Source: Basidiobolus meristosporus CBS 931.73 (lineage: Eukaryota > Fungi > Basidiobolomycota). Taken from it: a stretch of DNA of 64,000 nt. Positions 1-12,672 of the stretch are shown here, one piece after another (position 1 is the first letter of the stretch; each line of letters starts with the position of its first letter). The translations under genes and the position numbers were made by a program. Location: assembly GCA_002104905.1 (NCBI GenBank), contig MCFE01000435.1, positions 1-64,000 of the forward strand, written 5' to 3'. The notes beneath the pieces were generated by a model, which saw only the letters and a list, made by a program, of their open reading frames with translations, was not told the origin of the DNA and ran no database searches.

Positions 1-297
1 CTGAAAGAATTAACCAGATCCGGGACAATACTTCAAGTGCTATATTACCTATCACCATGGCAACTGGACCCAGCTTCTACCACTTGCAAAGTTGTTTACA
101 ACATATCATATCATAGTGCAACTGGTCTTACCTCACTATTCAAATTATGGCTTTCATCTGTTGAAATATTGGACCATTTAGTGACTTTCAGTGGCTTAAA
201 ATTTACTAAGCAACTCTAGACTAGTCTTGGTCACTGTAGTACTAACATACAGCTCTAACTTTGCCAGTTTCTTCAGATCTATGATCCTTTGGTTATT

Positions 298-655
298 AGA
301 CTTGTTCTGTTGGATAGTGCCACATTTAGCCATGATTGCCAAATAGTACCATTGTGTGCCAGAAAGGCATAGCAGACCAAAACTTGGCAACAGAGGGTGA
401 AACATGACTCTTCATTTTCATGCAAAGCAGCCCCTGTGTTTCACCCATTGTGCTGGAGAATATCCATTTTTTGACCTTTTTTTTGGACCAATGTTGTGCA
501 GGATTTGAAAGAGCACAAAAGGATTGAAGACATGCATCTGGTACCCAATACCCATGGCACTCTGAGTCTAGCTCCTGAGGCTTGTATCACATCACAAAAA
601 TGCATGGTATTATCTTAGTCCACTGGTACTATCTGGCACTATATTTAATTATTAG
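298..655. mobile_element. Truncated PHIS-family MITE (one arm only)
   Basis: Starts AGACTTGTTCTGTTGGATAGTGCCACA, the PHIS terminus also seen at 12190, after an ATT flank. The following ~350 bp align with both arms of the MITE at 1632-2357. Confidence 0.6.
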
Positions 656-659
656 CCCT

Positions 660-2880
660 AAAGTAAGCATAGTATTCAGGCAGATGAAAATATAGCAAAT
701 GCAGTACCTTTAATTGAAGTCCAGCAAGTGGCTGTTATAGCACCACCAATGCCTGTAATAGCAAGTATGCTGTCAGCTCAAACTAAAGCATTGGTAACAC
801 AAACAGGTAGAATGGCTGATAGAACAGATGCTATGGCCCAGAGAAGTCAGAAAATTTCCAAGAAACAGGTTGAGTGGAGAATATGTGTAGAGAGCAAAGC
901 ATCATCAAGTTGCTAGGAGATTGCTGGCAAGGGACAAGCAAGAAAAGTCTGATGCATCAGTGCAGCATTTATCAGGGAGATAATGAACTACTATACAACA
1001 AACATTCAGTAATATAGCGGTGATAAAGGTATAGGTAAAGAGAGAAAAGCCCACCCAAGCCAGAAACAGGAAAGCATGGGAAAATTTAAGCAGCATACAC
1101 TAATATACTCTGTCAGCCAAAACAAGCTGAATTCCATAAGAGCCAGGCAGAGTTATCAAGAGGAAGCTGTTGTTTTCTTACAGGTCAGAATTGGAGCCAT
1201 TGGGCCACACTCTGAAGTTACCATACAGTGCCAGTAAGGGACAAGCAGGTGAAAACAGAGGCATCAGGGTGGTACTTATGAAGGAGAGAATGTAGTTGGA
1301 TATAACAAGCAGTCAGGCAAGGTAGCAGTGAAACACCTGGCAAAGATAAAGGAAAGGTAAAGCAAGTAAATTCTACCAAGCAGAGCAAGTATAGGCATAA
1401 GCCAGCAACAGGTTCAATCCCCAAATAGCCAAGAAGGGTTACTATGAAGACAGCTTTTGTCTTTACAATAGTTAGAAGTGCAGCCAGTTGAGCTACATTT
1501 CATCAAGGCCAATAAGCTTGCAGAGGAAGGCAATTTATCAGTCACAGCCTTCTGGTCCTCTATTGTAGACTGAGTGGAGACCTTACTGTCATAAAAGCAA
1601 TAACACTAAGAACTCAAAAGACTATCATAATAGACTAGTTCTATTTGATGGAGCCATATTGTGCCATATGTGCCAAATGATGATAAAGTGTGCCTACAAG
1701 GCCAAGTGGACCTATCTTTGATCATGGCATGGAAAACGTATCCATCATCCTCATACAAATCAGCCCCTGTGCTGGACTCATTGTGCTAGAGAAAATCCAT
1801 TTTGCCCTTCTTGTTGGGATCAACATTATTCATGATATATAAGAGCACAGAAGTACTGAAGAGACACATCTGGTACTCAATATTCATGGCACTCTGAGTC
1901 TAGCTCCTGAGGTTTGCAACATCTCACAAAAATTTGTGGCCCTATATTGGTCCCTAGGTACTATCCAGCACTGTGAGTACTCTACATGGGTTTTTTTAGG
2001 GCAAATACTTAACTATTGTGCCAGATACAACTAGTTGACTAAGATAGTGCCATGCATTTTTGTAACATGTGATAAGCCACAGGAGCTAGATTCAGAGTGC
2101 CATAGGTATTGAGTCTAGAAGCATGTGTTCCGTACTTCTGACCTCATACACATTATGCACAACATTGATCCCAAAAAATCATCAAATATGAATTTTCCCT
2201 AGCACAAAGGATGAAACACAAGGGCAGCATTGCATTATGATGAAGAACTATGCTCCACACTCTGTGGCTAAGTTTAAGCCTGCTTTACCTGTCTGGCACA
2301 CAATGGTAATATTTGTCTCACATTGCTCAATGTGGCAATATCCAACAAAACAGGTCCAATGCCTGCTGAGAAACTTTGGGGCAATAATAAGCACAGCAGA
2401 TCCCACTGACAGATAAAGTAACCATGTCAAGAGTTCAAAAGGCGGTCACAATGCCTTTGGTAGAATTTTAGAACATAAATAGGTACACCAGGTGGTTGCA
2501 GCAATTTTTCAAGTGCAGTCCTCCAGAAAACATACTAGAATATTACAAGGATGTAATGCATAGACTAGCATATGAGATATTAAACTTTGCAGGGCCAGCT
2601 GAATACCAGGACATGTGGGAGTCAGTGAATGAACAGTTGAACAAGGCTGTAGGGTTCCTGCTGCAGTCATGGAAAATGGAAGTCATAGTAGAAATACTTA
2701 TTCAATGGTCAATTGAAATGGAGCTACTTGTTGAGTGTGGGATTAGGCTAAATGTTAGTGTTTGGCATAGGGACTTATATAGGTTAATTCATTTGGCAAT
2801 TGAGGTTCAACTGAAGCTTCAATGGATATAAATTGATTGTATTTATGAAAAGTACAAGAAACGTTCACGTCAGATGGCAT
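660..2880 (+). pseudogene. Decayed ORF2 fragment of the EnSpm-like element, interrupted by the MITE
   Basis: ORF pieces (APPMPVIASMLSAQTKAL; EWSIEMELLVECGIRLNVSVWHRDLYRLIHLAIEVQLKLQW) match ORF2 of the copies at 12673 and 23588; many stops. Confidence 0.7.
1632..2357. mobile_element. 726-bp foldback MITE with PHIS-type termini, TSD AAT
   Basis: AAT|AGACTAGTTCTATTTG...CAACAAAACAGGTCC|AAT. The host sequence rejoins cleanly when compared with 17301-17350. Arms ~1632-1975 and ~2040-2357 are diverged inverted copies. Confidence 0.75.
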
Positions 2881-4743
2881 GCATTTTTATGACAAGTTAT
2901 AAACCTCTGCAGCTGGATTCATGATGCTATGGACATTTAGTACCAAATGCATCCTTCAGATCTTTTATACTCTTACAGATAGTCTTTAACCCCACTTCCA
3001 AAATTGGTCAAAAGTTGTATTTCCTTCAGTGCATTTCCACTGGAGTATGTCTAGTATTATTGCTTCAAACAAGGACCTCAAATAGCACAACATCACAAGC
3101 AAGTATTAAGTCATTTCCCAATATAAAAGTAGAGGGAATGGTAAAGTGTTTGAAATACTATAACAGTACCCAATGATGAAGTCATTATAATATCTTATCA
3201 CAGCATGGGAAGGAGAGACTTTATTATAAATGCTAATCCCTAAACATCAAAGAAACTGAGGTTCCATGAAGCTGTTATGTGCATTGATGAAGAGTGAGCT
3301 AGTATTGAAGAGGCTGTAGGATGTAGAGCATGCCATCACCCTAAGGTGAGTATACCAAAGGACCATTAGGAATTTGAGGCCAAGCCAAATGAGCTTGAGC
3401 TGTTCCATGAGTATTATCATGGATTCAATCAAGGCATCAAATTTTTGGCCAGCATTGACATCCTAAGAGAATATCTCAAGAGTAACAACAACAGCCAAAG
3501 GTACAACAACCATGGTGGCCTGGCTGGAAACCAGTGGCAATAAAGCATTGGGCAGCTAGAAGAGTGTTTGCAAGTAAGCTGGCAGAAAAAGATGCACCAG
3601 CGCAGCATCAATTAAGGGAAGAATACAGTTCAACTCAAGATGTACTCAGTCAAAGTAGCAGTGAAAGACCTGGCAGTAATAGAATATGGTAGCTCCCTCT
3701 GGAGCAACTCTAAGAACATCACCTTTTCACACAGATAATGTATGGAAGTCAGCATGCAATTGCGGAAAGGTTGGCAAGCTATAAGCCATTGGCCAGAATA
3801 TGGAGTTAACTGGAGACCAGAGATACTTAACATGGGGGTATCTGTTAGAGCAAAGGCTCTCCACTGCAAGCAATGCATTTGCTTTTCAACAATATCCCTA
3901 TATCTATGATCAAGTTATACATTGGGGACTAAAGGCAAATGAGCCCTGTGAGCTACTGGAGAAATCTGAAAGAGTTTGCAAAATATTACCAAGTAACTAC
4001 TAGACTTGTTCCATTGTACTGTGCCAGGGTGTGCAGCACAATCCGCGGCCTCCAAGAACAATTGGGTGCAATATTGTAGCTACCAGTAGGCAGGATTGCT
4101 CTTGGACAATTTTGCAACATGTGAGACAATCTTGCACGCTATGGCACAATCCGACACAATGAGGTTGGCACAAATGATTGCACCCACTTGTAATGTTTGC
4201 ATCATGTGCACAATTGGATACTGCTATTATGGTAGGTCAAATCTGGTATTTGGTTATGTTTCTTTAATGTAAATGGAAAAAATGCGTATCACACTATAAA
4301 CTACACTGATACTTACCATTTTGGCTACCATCACTCCAATTGGATGGTATCTTAGTGGCTAATTGGTCCAGAAGTATCCTGAAGCTTTCAGCGCCCAATT
4401 GGCTCTTTGATCAATACACAAGCTACCTGATTTGCCATCAAATATCCCATTTTGCCCATTAAGCAAGTAAATCCCTGATCCTAGTGATTGGACAAGGTGT
4501 CATAGCTAGCATGCAACCTATTGTATGGGTGCAATCAGATCAAATGGCTGCACTGGTGCCACAGATGATATATGCTTATACATGGTGTTTATTTATAGGG
4601 GTCCTGTCTTAAATGCAAGATGACCCTAATATTGCTTATATCAAAAATTTAGTGAATACTGATTTGTGATGGCTTGATGCGGATAGCAAAAGAAAATGCA
4701 TTGTTTGGATCTTTACAAATAATAGCAATGCAATGCAATTGCA

Positions 4744-5991
4744 TTATCTTCTTCTAGGCTTTTTCCTCACAGGGATTACTACTGAAGCATTTGGTAGTGA
4801 TTCACTTTGCACACCTAAACTACTTTCTTGTTGACTATCCTCTTGGCTACTTGTGTATTTGTAGTCAGTATTTTGCCTCCTAGTTGATAAGTGCAAGGCT
4901 GCAGCTTGGCCACGCTGAATGGCTCCAGATGATGCAACTGAGCCAGCCTGCAGTGCTACACACTGACACGTACTTTTACTTGCCAAAGGCTCTGGTGGTG
5001 GAGGCATTTCATGGGTGTCATCATCTGTCAGTTCACCAGAAGAAACTTGCTGATGCCCAGGTGTAATGATACGCATAGACGCAACTTGATGCGCTGGCAT
5101 GACCCTTCGCTGAGTTTGATGTGATGCCCCTTGTTGACGCAGCTTGGCCTGCTCCAATGGACTTGTCTCTTTTCAAGCAGTTTGGCAGGTTCTGGTGGTT
5201 TTGCTCTGAGGTGCATAGGTTGACCCGGCATGCATTGAGTCGATGTGGGGCACTCTAGTGAAGGGTGCTGGTGTAGTTTGGACTGACATGCACCGGCATG
5301 CTGAAGTTGCAAGGGATGGTAAGGAATCCAGCAAGGTGTGCTGGTGCAATCATGACAATGTTGCTCTTGGTCTGTATTCCTCCTCTTGAAGATCACCTCC
5401 TGATTCCTCAAGGTACTCAATTACCCTCTTTAAAATACTTTGCAACTGTGGCCTAGATGAGTCCTGTGTATATTGCTCTTGGAAGCCACTTAGCTCTACT
5501 AATATATCACGTGATACATTAATCATTTGAGGCAAAAACTCATTCAAAATCTCTTTGGTTGCCAAAGTCAAGGCCAAAACAGATGCATCTGGCTTGTACT
5601 GCGCAAGTTGTGTGCAAAATTGTTCCCGCACAGCTTCTTTGTCAAATCCCCTCACTCTCAGCTCATTCTTGATTTCAATACTTGTCTTGTTATATATCTT
5701 CTTACATACATCTGTTGGCATCTTAATGTGGAACTCATGCCACATCTTTCTACTCAGGTTCTTCCATCTCTGTTGACTCTCTGAGGTATCTAGTTCTGCT
5801 AGATTAATGAGTAGTGCGCAAATATCTGTATGAAGGCTCATCAAAGATACTTGGGTCATACTGAAGTCATTTGGTGAGAACTTGAACAGATCCAACATTG
5901 CCTTTTCTGGTCCTGACTGCACTGGTGACCTGGGGGATGGATTTTGTCTGGGTTGAACTAAAGATGAGTTGAGAATTGGTATAGGGACCAT
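4744..5991 (-). pseudogene. PHIS partner ORF (unrecognised; weak Myb/trihelix-like WKNL motif), frameshifted
   Basis: Three overlapping ORF-track pieces (5350-5991, 5028-5420, 4744-5157); homologous to 19771-21000 in copy P2. Confidence 0.6.
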
Positions 5992-6369
5992 AGTGACAGA
6001 TTTGGATACTTATACAGTGGTGTATTGGCATCAACCTGGTCTTGTATGAAATATTTATGAAAACTAATGTGATTGTTGAATTTTCCATCTATTAAGCATT
6101 ATGCATCTTGGATTGCATTGACACAGATCAGGTCACATCAACTGCAGATTTCCTATTTGATCATAGACCTGTGAGTAAAACATCAATAAAAATACCCAGT
6201 CATTGTTTGGGGATGATTTTTGCAACACAATGATGGGATACATGGCAATTGATGGAGATTTAATTATAATGCATGCAAAAAAGTATAAATAAAACTGATT
6301 GCACCAAATGAATCAAATTAACTCTGTGCAATCCTACCAATTTTATTATGACTTACACATCTGAATGCT

Positions 6370-7230
6370 CTTTTCTCATTGATTCCATCCTACCGCTGGA
6401 CTACCTTTTGACACACTAGAGGAGTTCTATACCAGGTACTGTGGTCCATCTACCCAAATCTACTCAAGGCAATCCCTTGGCAAGCTTCTCTGCTCCTGCA
6501 AGAACTATTGCCCTCAAGGTTTCATCCCACCTCCCATGGCAACAAAAGTCCTGGAAGCTTTCATTCTCAGCTGACAGCAATGGAGAACCACCTTGCTGAG
6601 GGTATGAATGACTTAGAGCAAGCATAGAGTACTAGGTTTAGAAGCTCCAAAAGACTTCCATATCCCTGATTGTTCAGCAGCAGGTTCCATATAAGGAGTT
6701 TTTTGGATACCTTCCCAGTCAGGATTATCAGACCTTCTAAAGAGCAGAGGCACTTTTATACTGGCCAGTACAAGGCACACTGTGTGAAGTTTCAAGCACT
6801 GTCTGACATAGAGGGTAACATCATCTGGCTTAGTGGGCCTTTTGCTGGAAATAGACATGACAAAGCACTCTGGGTAGAGAGTCATATAGAATTCAGTGAA
6901 GGGGAGAAATGTATGGCAGACTTAGCTTATACAGGAGAGGATTGTCAGAGATTAGGATGTATTACAGCTTATAGGAAGCCAAGGAATGGTGTGCTTAGCA
7001 GGAAGCAGAAGCTCTACAATGAGATATTTAATCATTTCAGAGTGAGGGTAGAGCATACATTTGGATATCTGAAGGGATTCAGCATATTGGCAGGTAAAAA
7101 CAGAGGAAAGTCATATGCAGGAGAAAACAGCAGAATAGGCAAAATAGTTAAGATACTGATCAATGCACAGTATATTAATAGAAGAAGACATCCACTGCGA
7201 GAAATCTGTCTGGAGCATTATGAAGAGTAA
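6370..7230 (+). pseudogene. DDE_Tnp_4 (Harbinger/IS5-like) transposase; open frame 6670-7230, N-terminus disrupted
   Basis: Catalytic motifs LDTFPV, GNRHD, MADLAYTG and RVRVEHTFGYLK. Confidence 0.85.
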
Positions 7231-8210
7231 ATAGAGCAAGGAAATCACTACTCTGAGCAACATAAGTAAAATTGAGTAAAATTACCAGTAACTATAACCT
7301 ACCACTGGCATAATGGTAGAAATTATAGTGCCAGATTGATCCGGCACCATCAACAGGCTGGCATTATGTGGGACTATCCAACAGGACAAGTCTACTACCC
7401 TAAGTACTTCTCATGGGCACCAATCAAAATTTATATGCATATGCAACAATACTTGAGCAAGGACTGGATGAACTGGATATTTATTTATTCAAGTGGCCTT
7501 GTGAAGCCATTTCCTGCAATAGTATATTGGAAGCATTGGGAGTCATGTTTGGACATTGTAGGAGTATTTATTCAGAAGTGGATCACCTATGCCAACTTGA
7601 CACATCTGGAGCTTTTGTGCAAAGAGTTTGTGACAGGATTTCAGCAGCTATACACAAATATAAAGCTGAATGTGTAGATTTCTGCCACTACTGTATCCAT
7701 TTGCTACTCCATCTTGCCTGGTGTGTCAAGAATATTGGACCTTGCTTCCCTTCTTGTGAGTTTCCTATGGAGAATATGTGTAGGGGACATAGGAAGACAA
7801 GTCAAGGTGCAGGTACTACCATATCCCAGTCTCATCAAGAATATTACCTTCAAGTCTATCATGAATGTGATGAGTTAGCACATGAATGACAGCCACAAAG
7901 AGTTAGAAGATATTGAGCACAGATGTTCACATGAAGACACCAATGTCTAAGGCATTGAGTAGCTAAGCAGCCCCAATGTATGGGTAATAAGTCAAGAAAT
8001 GCAAAGTTGGAATGGGTTCAACAGGTAACTAATTTTGATCAGGAAAACTTTACCAAAGTATGCTTGATTTCTCTTGGTTACAAGCCAATTTCTACACCAT
8101 TCAATATGGATTTCACACAAACAAGAGCCAAACGCACCTACCAGGGGAATTAGAATCTAACAGGGAGATGAATATATTGGCTAAATACCATAAGGTCCTT
8201 TGCAGATATT

Positions 8211-9760
8211 AGACTTGTAAAATTGGATAGAGCCACAAATTGCCAGATTGATCTGGCACTATAGCATCAACCATAATGCTAGTAATAGGATATAGTTACT
8301 GGTGATTCTAGTCAATCATACTATGTTGCTCAGAATAGTGCTTTCCTTTCTTTGTTTACTATTCATACTGCTCCAGACAGATTTCTCTCAGTGGATGTCT
8401 TCTTCTATTAATATACTGTGCATTGATCAGTATCTTAACTATTTTGCCTATTCTGCTGTTTTCTCCTGCATATGACTTTCCTCTGTTTTTACCTGCCAAT
8501 ATGCTGAATCCCTTCAGATATCCAAATGTATGCTCTACCCTCACTCGGAAATGATTAAATATCTCATTGTAGAGCTTCTGCTTCCTGCTAAGCACACCAT
8601 TCCTTGGCTTCCTATAAGCTGTAATACATCCTAATCTCTGACAATCCTCTCCTGTATAAGCTAAGCCTGCCATACATTTCTCCCCTTCACTGAATTCTAT
8701 ATGACTCTCTACCCAGAGTGCTTTGTCATGTCTATTTCCAGCAAAAGGCCCACTAAGCCAGATGATGTTACCCTCTATGTCAGACAGTGCTTGAAACATC
8801 ACACAGTGTGCCTTGTACTTGCCAGTATGCTGTGCTCTCACTCTGAAATGATTAAATACCTTATTGTAGTTCTTCTGCTTCCTGCTAAGCACACCATTCC
8901 TTGGCTTCCTATAAGCTGCAATACATCCTTATCTCTGACAATCTTCCCTTACATAGGCTAAGTTTGCCTTGCATTTCTCCCCTCTAGTGAATTCTGGATG
9001 ATTCTCTACCCAGCATGCTTAGTCATGCCTACTTCAGCAAGTGGCCCATTAAACCAGACAATGTTACCCTCATTGTCAGACAGTGCTTGAGATTTCTCAC
9101 AGTGTGCCTTGTACTTGCCAATATAAAAGTGCCTCTGCCCTCCAAAAGGTCTGTTAATCTGGACTAGGAAGGTATCCAAAATACTCCTTATATGGTATCT
9201 GTTGCTGAACACTCTGGCACATGGAAGTCAATTAGAGCTTTTGAATCTTGTAATCCAAGCTAGCTCAAACCAATTCATACTCTCTGTAGGGTGATTCTCC
9301 ATTGCTGTCAGCTGGAAATGGAAGCTTCTAGAAGTTTTGTTGCCATGGATGGTGGGATGAAACCTTGTAGTGCAATAGTTCTTGTAATAGCAGAGAAGCT
9401 TAACAAGGGATCCCCTTGAGTAGATTGGGGAATATGGTCCATAGCACTTGGTATCAATCTCCTCTAGTGTGTTAAAAGGAAATCTAGTCATAGTGATGGG
9501 ATTGCTGAGAAAAGACCATTCAGGCAAGTAAGTCATATCTAGATCAGTAGGCATCTGGCCTGATGTGATTTGAATGGATTAGGTGCAATCAGCTTTATTT
9601 ATTGGATTTTCCATGCATTATGATTAAATCTCCATCTATTGCCATGTATCCCATTGATATACTTCAAAAATAATCAGCAAACAATGACTTGATATTTTTA
9701 TTGATGATTTACTCACAAGTCTACACTCAAATTGGAGATCTGCAATTGATGTGATCCAAA
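8211..9760 (-). mobile_element. Truncated PHIS copy P3 with a tandemly duplicated transposase segment
   Basis: ATT|AGACTTG terminus at 8211. DDE ORF 8359-8892; a second, more diverged DDE segment 8830-9550; partner-ORF half missing. Confidence 0.75.
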
Positions 9761-10379
9761 CTATTTTATTGCACCCTAATCTCAACTACTGTTTAAAGAA
9801 CTTTCCATGCATACTATTAATATTGAAACACAAACCATTGCCTTTAAGAAACTTTGCACTCAAACTACTAATATTAAGCACAAACTACTGTTTTGAAAAA
9901 TTATATGCATATTATGTACACAAATGTTATAGCTGCTGACTAGAAAAGAAATCTTTGCTATATATGTACAATTAAATACTACCTACTTTAACCCATAACA
10001 TACACCATTTATCACCCAGCACACTCTTTGATTAAATTCCAAAATTTAAAAGTATTTATATCACATTTGTGCTTGTATGTCCCTCACTATTTTTCCAATA
10101 TGTCAGAAAGTTACCCAATATATACAGTCAAGGAATAGTTATCCAACATAACGGTAATTGCATGTATTCCAAGTTTGACAATTCAAATGCATTCCAATAC
10201 TTGTACCTTAATCTCAAACTAACTCAAATCCTCATTGCCAAAATTATTGGATCAGGCCCCCAAAAATTTTGACTAGATCTAGACAGTGACATCTCAGATC
10301 CCCACATCCTAATCCAAGATGTCCAAAACTTCCTCTACATTATTGGTCACAGCACCCCGCCAATTTTGTTTTACAACAT

Positions 10380-12153
10380 CTCCTCATCAGAAAAAATGTC
10401 ATACAAACTTATTATATCCTCCCATTATTTCTCTGACAACATCTCTTGCAAATTTATTCCAATTCCCTGATGCAATTTGCACAATACTCTCCCTGGACTC
10501 TACATGTCAATACTGACGTATACAAACTGGCTCAAGGTTTTTGTTGCAAAGGTAGCTCCAAATGTCAACAAAAACCATGGAAATACTTATTTGGCACCTG
10601 CATCTGCTTCTGCCATGAATAACTCCTTAATATCCACATAGAACTTTTTGGTATTCAGCCAATACATTCCTCTCCATGTTGGATTCTAGTCCCCTTTATA
10701 GGTGCATTCTGGCTCTGGTTTGTGTGGACTCTGTATTGAGTGGTTTAGTAATTGGCTTGTAACCAAGAGAAATGCTGCATACTTTGGTAGAGCTTTGCTA
10801 GTAAAAGTTAGTTACTTGTTGCACCCATCCCAGCTTTGCATAACTTAGCTGATTACCCATGCATTGGTGTCTCCATGTGCACATCTGTCCTCAGTATTTT
10901 CAAACTCTTCCTGGCTGTCTTCCATGTGCCAACTCATCTTGATGAGATTGGGATGTAGTAGTACCTGCACCTTGACTTGTCTTCCTATCTCCCTGCACAT
11001 CCACTCCAAAGGAAACTCCCAAAAGGTGAAGCAAGGTCCAATATTCACCGCACACAATGCAAGATGGAGTGGAGAATGGATACAGTAGCAGCCTAGATCT
11101 ACATGTTCAACTTTATATTTGTAGAATAGCTGCTCAAATCCCTTCACAAACTCATTGCACAACAACTGTAGATGCATCAAGTTGGCATTGATGATCTGCT
11201 TTTGGAAATGTACTCCTGCAATGTCTGCATATGACTCCCAAGGCTTCCAATGTACTCTTGGTAGGAATGGCTTCAGAACACCACTTGAATAAATACATAT
11301 TGAGTTCCTCCAGTCCTTGCACTTGTAATGTTGCATATGTGTATGAGTGTTGATTGAAGCCTGTGAGAAGTACTTAGGGTAACAGATACTTGGTGATATC
11401 TTGCCAACCCTTTCAGATTCCTCCAGTATCTTAAAGGGCTCATTTAGTATGAGTTCCCCCATACACAACTTGGTCATCAGTAAAGGCATACTGTTGCAAA
11501 GCAAGTGCATTACTCCCAATGGAGAACTTTTACTCCAACAATGACCCTCTTTCTCAAGTATTTTGGGCTTCCAATTAGTTCTGTAATTGGGCCAATGGCT
11601 TGTAGCTTGCCATCATTGACGCAATTGCATGCTAACTTCTGTATGTTCTCTCTGCCAAAGCTGTGGAACCAGAGCGTTTCAGCAGAAATACTTAATGAAT
11701 GGTGGATAGAGATGGAGCTACCTGTTGAGTGTTGGGTTGGGCTTAATGTTAGTGTGGGGTATAGGGACTTTTATAGGTCAATACAATTGACAATGGAGGT
11801 ACAACTGAAGCTTCAATGGAAGTAAAGCAATTTGTATGCATCAAATGTAGGAGAAACAGTTGAGTCAGGCAGTAAGAAGTGTGAAAAGAGGCAATAGCTA
11901 ATCAGTGCACACAAGCATAGGAGGTGATAGAATGTCTGGGTTCAGTAAGTGCATGAATTGGCAGGGAACCAATCAAAAGTATCTCATTAATTGTTGTAAT
12001 GAGAATTTTTGACCAGGTTTTTTTAAAAGCTGGGGTGCAATTGTTTTTCAGCAGTCTCTGGATGGTGACCTGATGTGATTAGTACCTCTTAGTCACAGGA
12101 CTTTAACTTTGTGATGGCCTTTTGCTGGATCATTACAATGATTTCTCATATGG
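10380..12153 (-). mobile_element. Internally deleted EnSpm-like copy (transposase 3' part joined at ~11665 to the ORF2 end)
   Basis: ORF 10845-11519 is DUF4218-like (HLALCAVNIGPCFTFWEFPLEWMCREIG). Right terminus TTTCTCATATGG at 12153 resembles TTTTTCATAGGG. Left end not found. Confidence 0.65.
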
Positions 12154-12672
12154 TGAGGAGTCTGCCTTATTCCCTTCAGTGGGCAAACTAGACTTGTTCC
12201 ATTGGATAGTGCCACATAGTTCCAGCCTGTTTATAGTGCTGGAGTAATCCAGCACTCTATGGCACCATCTGGCACTATAAATTCTACCATAATGCCAGTG
12301 GTAGAATATAGTGTCTGGTAATTTTACTCAATCTTACTTGTGTAGCTCAGAATAGGGTTTTCCTTTCTTTATTTACTCTTTGTAATGCCATAAATACACT
12401 TCTCTCAGTCAATGTCTTCTTGTATGAGTATACCTGCATTAATAAGTATCTTGAAATTCACTAATACTGCTGCTTACTCCAATATATGACTTTCCTCTGT
12501 ATTTACCCTCCAATATGCCAAATCTATTCAGATATCAGAATGAATGCTCTACCCTCACTCTGAAATGAATAGATGTCTCATTGAAGAGCTTCTGCATCCT
12601 GCTAAGCATACCATTCCTTGGCTTTCTATAAGCTGTAATACATCCTAATCTCTGACAATCCTCTCTTATATA

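Larger units (their letters stand above)
4002..7393 (+). mobile_element. Full-length PHIS (PIF/Harbinger superfamily) DNA transposon P1, 3392 bp, TSD ACT
   Basis: ACT|AGACTTGTTCCATTG...CCAACAGGACAAGTCT|ACT. The host transposase rejoins across it. Contains a DDE ORF and a divergent second ORF. Confidence 0.85.
3120..8210 (+). mobile_element. Rearranged EnSpm-like copy: ORF2 fragment joined at ~3705 to the transposase 3' half, split by PHIS copy P1
   Basis: 3120-3700 matches ORF2. 3710-4001 plus 7394-8210 match the DUF4218-type transposase region (HLAWCVKNIGPCFPSCEFPMENMC). Confidence 0.65.

Noticed and set aside
6670-7230. Domesticated HARBI1-like host gene
   Set aside because: Lies within TIRs with a TSD, is multi-copy, and its N-terminus is disrupted.
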